A stretch of 64,000 nt of DNA, taken from positions 62,001 to 126,000 of the forward strand of contig JBEWZL010000064.1 in NCBI GenBank assembly GCA_045837725.1, in the 5' to 3' direction. A program made the position numbers and the translations under genes. The notes below the pieces were generated by a model. It was not told the DNA's origin, did no database searches, and was given only the letters and a program-made list of their open reading frames with translations. The DNA comes from Vermamoeba vermiformis (Eukaryota). Positions 58,641-64,000 of this stretch are shown here, piece by piece (position 1 is the first letter of the stretch; each line of letters begins with the position of its first letter).

Positions 58641-61600
58641 TTATTCAGCTTTGACTTTCGGCTCTTTGAAGCGAGGTTTCTTTGGAATAGTGCGCAGAAT
58701 GATGCGTTCAGGTGAGCGATACAATTCTATCAACTCGCGGTAGAATGATTCTTCGAGCTCTAGATCACCGTCTTGTCGCGCCAAGAAAATGTCCTAAGAA
58801 GACAAAAAGATTGGCATTGAGAGTTGATGCTTATCGTGGACTTACCTTGCAGAATGATCGCAGCTCGTCGACTTCGTTCATATCTTCAAACATAATGCGC
58901 ATGTATTGTCCGGTCAGTGACAGACGCAAGAAGCGGCCAACAGTCAAGACAACACCAACATCTGTGCAATAAGTTAAGGAGAATCAACGTGTTACGCGTA
59001 ACATAAAGTCACTAATGTTTCATGAGGTGTTAAGGATACAGAGTCCGACAATGCCGGTGGTCGCGACTACTGACGCAATGCCCGTGGGCACTACGTTGGA
59101 GATTGTGACGAGACTCGTATCGTTAGTGGCGTAGAGTCCCGAGGGTTTGTACTCTTGCATGTCCCAATAGCGTACGACTTGCGGCACAACTGTGTTGCCG
59201 ACCGTGATGAAGAGCTCCTTGGTCACTAATCTGAACATCACTGACACGGTGCTATCTTCACCTGACGGTGTGCTGCAAAGGTGTTATTTTGGGCCAATGA
59301 AACTAACAGATAACTTACGTCACTAATCCCGAGACTGGCAATCGATAGTAGCGAGGGAAGAGATTAGTGATTACAAACGTGTCGTTCAAATCATCGAGCA
59401 CGTCAAGTATGTTGTGCATATCCTCAGATGTGAGTGACTTGAAGCCCTTGATGGTCAGTGTTTGGTCCTGTACAGCTGTTAGCGGTGTTAACAAAGTGCA
59501 GTCACCGTACCTCTGGTGGTTGATCACGACGGAACACGAATTCGTAGCTCATTTGCGTGTCTAATCGTAGTTCTAAGCGAGCTTTGAGCGCGACCATTGC
59601 TGGCGGAGATATGCCCCACACATCGCCTGACGAGGTCGACATGTTCATGATCTGCATGTTCGTCCGGTCATCGGGCAGAATGAAGCTGTAGCGATTGCGC
59701 AACTCGTCAAATGCACTGGGACTGAACTCACTCGTCATTTCAGCGCGTGACAGTGAAGTTTCGTAGAGGGCGTCAAATCCTTCGATTGAGACCGTGCCTC
59801 TGAAGCTACGCACGTAGTTCGGTTGATTACCTGGCGCGCCTTGCATCAGCGCCAAGAGCGGGAACCAAATCAGAGCGACTAAGAGCAAGAACAAGCCACC
59901 TCCGATGCTCGCTTTGAGGTACCACGGCTGTTTGTCACCTGGTTTGCGCTCGGTGTTGCGCTCAGCTTCGATACGACCCAGCACGAGGAATATCTCGTCG
60001 AAGAGATCTTCAAGCTTGAGCCACTCAAAGAAGTGCAGGGCAGTGGTGGTGACAGTCCAGTCCAACAATGTACTCAACTCCCACAAGAAGGGAATGGCAC
60101 GGTAAATCTGGTCAGTGTGAGTGATTGTGTAGGCGTATTAAAGGCACTTACAATAAAGATAATGCGACGAGTAAGGCCAGGGTGATCTGTTTCAGTCAAG
60201 AATCTGCCTTGAGGAATGCTCGGGTAGCCGTGGAAGATCTGCAAACCTGACAAAAACAAGTAGGCCAACTTGAGTATGTAGAAGATGATAAGCGTTGGAC
60301 TCGCGGAGAACATCCTGAGAGTGTATTGTTAATGTAGCGAGACAAGTGTTAGTTGCGCACTACGTACTTGTTGTTCTTGAAGGGCAAGTAGAATAGGAGG
60401 TAATAGTGATAAAAGATCACCATGGCATAGTGCCACACTAACTTAACGCTCGTCGCGCGGAACAAGCAGAGCACTCGTTCGACTAAAATGAATATGAATT
60501 GCACGAGAATAGTGAGCACATAGATTGTGGGCAAGCGACTCTCCAAGATGAACTATCATAGAGATATTAGCTCACGTTCAATATGTCGTATTGGTTGAAT
60601 TTACCTCGATGACGTTGCCTCCGTCAATGCCCGTGAAGTCTCCAGGAACTAACAACAGATAGAAGAAGCAAATAATTTCTGCAATAACGCATTAATGACT
60701 GAAGTGCAATCACTGGATGTCACTTACCGATGATGAACAAGCCAGGATAAAGATCACGACCGACTTTACGCAGCATAACAGTGCTGAAATGACGGCGAAT
60801 CATCACGAAGAATCCAGTGAAGCAGCCATGTCGTGGTTTGCTGGGCCTAGTGACCGGCTTGGTAGACTCTTCTTGATCTGTTTCCAACTCTACATCTGGC
60901 TCGTCGGAGCTCGAGTCTGCTTTGCGTCTTCCAAGGGTCGGCGAAGTATTTGGAGCCTCGAGATCTGGAGGCAGTTGTGGTATAATCTCACTCTCACGCA
61001 ATTGTTTTGGTGAGTGCGGCTCTGAGGCAGTGAGTTGAGAGCCCGAACGAGTCTGACGTCGAGCACGAGCTTTGGAGCCGGCAGTACCTTGCAAACGTGC
61101 AATAGGACCTTTAGGAGAGCGAGGTGGAGTGACAGTAGCTTCAACAGTCTTGCTCTCAGATGTGGGCTTGGTAAAGCTCCACCATCCGTGCTTCTTGAGG
61201 TTGTGACGGTGGAACAGAATTGCGAGCAGTGTGATGAGGTCCCAGAACACAGCCAAGATGTACGGGTCTTCAAACTTAAAGATGCCAACAAACGCTGGAA
61301 TAGAGGCTCTTCGGCCATCGTTCTTGACCGTGCAACGCGCTTCAGAGCAGTGAGGCTGCAACTCCCAGTAATCTCCCTCATTCGCTTGACAATCGCAGAA
61401 TATGGTGAACTGATAGACGAATTTGATGACCAGCACCAAGTCCAAAAACAAGATGGCAAAGCGCCAGTAGTTCTAACGACACAATTAGCAATCTAATGTG
61501 AATACTGACGAATAATTACCCTGTGAGGACGAGGCTTCTCTAACAAGGCATAGAGCAACATGGAGGCAGGCAAGATGATGGCGAGAACATTAGCGTAGAT

Positions 61601-64000
61601 GACAGCATTGAGCATCATGATCATGTACACCAAGTGCTGCGAATATCTTTGCGATACTTTCTTAATGCCAATAGCAATCTTCGCGGGGCGAGAACGTTTC
61701 ATGTCAGTCAAGTGCGTGTGATGAGTGTAGGACATCTTGTCAAGGAGACGAATCAAGCCATCAGCTGCTTTGAGCACGGCTGCAGGTGTGCTGCACGACT
61801 TGGATTTGGCCTCAGTGTCCACAGGCTGCTCACCCTCTTCAATGATGATTGACGCAGAGTCTGGCTTCTCTTTGACCTCTTCGATCGCACCTTCAAGTGG
61901 CACAATTGTCTCCTCACTACTCTCAGCGCTCTCGTAATTGGCAGCGTCATCGATACTAATGCAGTAAGTTAATACAAATACACTAACAGCGATCTAGGTC
62001 AACGTACTCCGAGTCACTGTCTAGCGGGTCCAAGATCTCTGGGCCCATTTCAGCACGCTGTTTCTCCTCTTCTTCTTGCTTTCTTTGCATTTCCAATGCT
62101 TCTTTCAAGAATTCCTGAAGCAAATGGTGAGTACTTGTGCGCGGAGAAGTTACGATAGCCAACTTACTCCTGAAACAGACCAGCGCACTGTTCTGTTGCC
62201 CGATGTGTCTTGTTGAATTTTGAGCGCACCAATCGATTGCAAGCGCTTGATATCAGCTGTAGTGCTGATCTTGGGCGTATGTTCTGCTGAGCTGGCTGGT
62301 TTGGGCGCTGTTTCAGTGACTTGAATAGGCGGCAAGGGACCAATACCAGGTGCAGATGCGTTAATGACCTCCGCTTGACCTCGGCGTTCGATGTTGGCCC
62401 AGAGCTCATTTTGACGCTGGCGACACAATTTCACTGCAAGAGGTAAGTACACTATTAAAATACCCATATTGTTACTCACATGTCTCGAGCTGTTCTTTTC
62501 GATGAGCTTTTTCACGTTGCAAATGCTCCAGTTCTTTGTCCTTTCGATTCTTGTACTCGTGGTAGCGTTGTTCAGCTAACTTGACTGCCTTGGCTTCGTT
62601 AATGGCCATCAATTGCACAACCAGATCAAATTCAGGACGTGAAAAGAACTGCAGTAATAAGTTAGCATCAATTCGATTACTGTACCACTGTCACATACCC
62701 ATTTCTGAATGTGAAGCAGCAAGAAAATGATGTAGTCGAACACCACCAAATCAGTGGCTTCATTCTTCTTGCGCAGACCAACCACATTCTGCCATGCTTC
62801 AGGCAGAGCACTGCCCTTAATGAATGGTATTTGATAAGCCAATTGGATGAGCAAGATGGCGTAGTTGTAGTATCGAGCCCAGCGCCAAAGTCGGTCGCGC
62901 TTGTGGTACATTTCGTGCCCAGCATAGAGGAAGATGAGAGCGAAGCACACGTAGCCGAGCGAGAGCAAATCGGGTTGTACAGTAGCAGCAATGAACACGA
63001 AGACCAACACCCAGTACTGCGAATAGCGGTAGGTGTAGAATTTGAATGCATCGCGCCAATACCGCGAGTGTCGCATAAAGTCCTCCAGAGACGAATTAGA
63101 TTCCACAATGGCGTGCCAGTACTTGGAGCTTCGTAATGCGGGCAGTGTTGGCTGCAGCTTGTAGATGTGCACAAAGACAAAGTACAACAAGTAGTCTGCA
63201 ATCAGATAATAGGCATTGGGCATGGCAATACCGAGCCATTGTTGCAATTTGACGGGCAATGCAGTCCATGGAGCACTGGGTAGAGTTGGCACCCCTAAGG
63301 GCAAGCCTAGATTGAATGCGTATTGCAAGATGATGACGAAGATGAGCAGCAGCGAAATGACTGCTTGGAACACTCTTCGCTCAAAGACACGACGCGGCAT
63401 CGAGGAACAAATGCCGAGGAGCAACAGATAGAACAACGCGACCATGTTGTAGCGCACGAGAACTGCGATGACGAGTGTGACCAGGACGAACTGGTAGAAG
63501 GTGATCTTGAAGAGGTTAGACAAGAACCACTTGGTGCCCTCTAAAAGCTCGTGGCGGTGGAATTTGCCAACACCCGCGGACCTTGAAGTCATTGGAGTAC
63601 TCGAACAAGGTGATCTCGCGCTTCTTGGGCATCAACAGGCGCACAATCTCTTCGGACTTGTACTCTCGTGAGCCTGAGGGTGAGGCCTGGTTGATTGGCT
63701 GTGCCTAAAGAGGTGAATAAATGCGGGGATTGAACACGGCGTCTCTGCTTACAGCTTTCATTTGAGCCTTGAAATCATGCTTCCAACGTCGTGCAACGCG
63801 AGACAAGATAACGAAGAAGATAATTGCCGCGTAGTCCTGCAAACATTAATACAGTCTATCTACTGGACTTAGGATACTTACAGCGACGAGGTAGAAAGTC
63901 GAAGGATGCAAGAAAAGACCAATCCATTCCATGAGCTGTGTATTTGCAATGTACACTCGAGCAGGGAACTGATAGATCATTTGAGCCAACAACAAAATCT
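58641..64000 (-). CDS. PIEZO: Piezo mechanosensitive channel, 3' part
   Basis: IPFLWELSTLLDWTVTTTAL, WLKLED, LIWFPLL, GIVGLYVGVVLTVGRFLR, DIFLARQ, LIELYRSPE; continues beyond the window. Confidence 0.95.
58962..59039 (-). other. U12-type GT-AG intron in Piezo
   Basis: 5' GTATCCTT, branch TTCTCCTTAAC ending ~10 nt before the 3' end, CAG; removal gives GL-Y-VGVV. Confidence 0.9.

Noticed and set aside
63865-63882. GTATCC near a Piezo donor as another U12 site
   Set aside because: The intron begins GTAAGT four bases earlier, U2-type

Overview
Gene-dense, intron-rich eukaryotic DNA; the gene set (myosin II, Piezo, DRP5A/Dlp-type dynamin, HRDLAARN receptor kinases, SH2 protein) suggests an amoebozoan (inference). 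About 28 spliced genes, mostly with 40-250 nt GT-AG introns: two PTS1 (SKL) alpha/beta hydrolases flanking an ADP/ATP carrier, VPS18, F-box/LRR, RNase H1, an F-box plus Cbl/SH2-like protein, a KLHDC3-like kelch protein, two tandem receptor tyrosine-kinase-like genes (first disrupted), two head-to-head paralogous secreted proteins, PP5, calcineurin B-like, a paxillin-like SAM/LIM protein, TMEM33, PXMP4, a 972-aa protein of exact 40-aa repeats, TMEM135, myosin II heavy chain, a dynamin-related protein, PTPMT1-like phosphatase, WDR25 and the 3' part of Piezo. Most notable: the 40-residue-periodic E/R/K helical protein near myosin II; the mosaic receptor kinase pair with a hypervariable ectodomain block; two U12-type introns (AT-AC and GT-AG); an apparent GA-AG intron; a pre-miRNA-like hairpin; a recurrent intronic TGACACGTGTCA palindrome; and a chimeric-looking ADP/ATP carrier. 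Gene models were spliced by eye and family calls rest on recalled motifs, not database searches. No rRNA, tRNA, CRISPR or recognisable transposon was seen.
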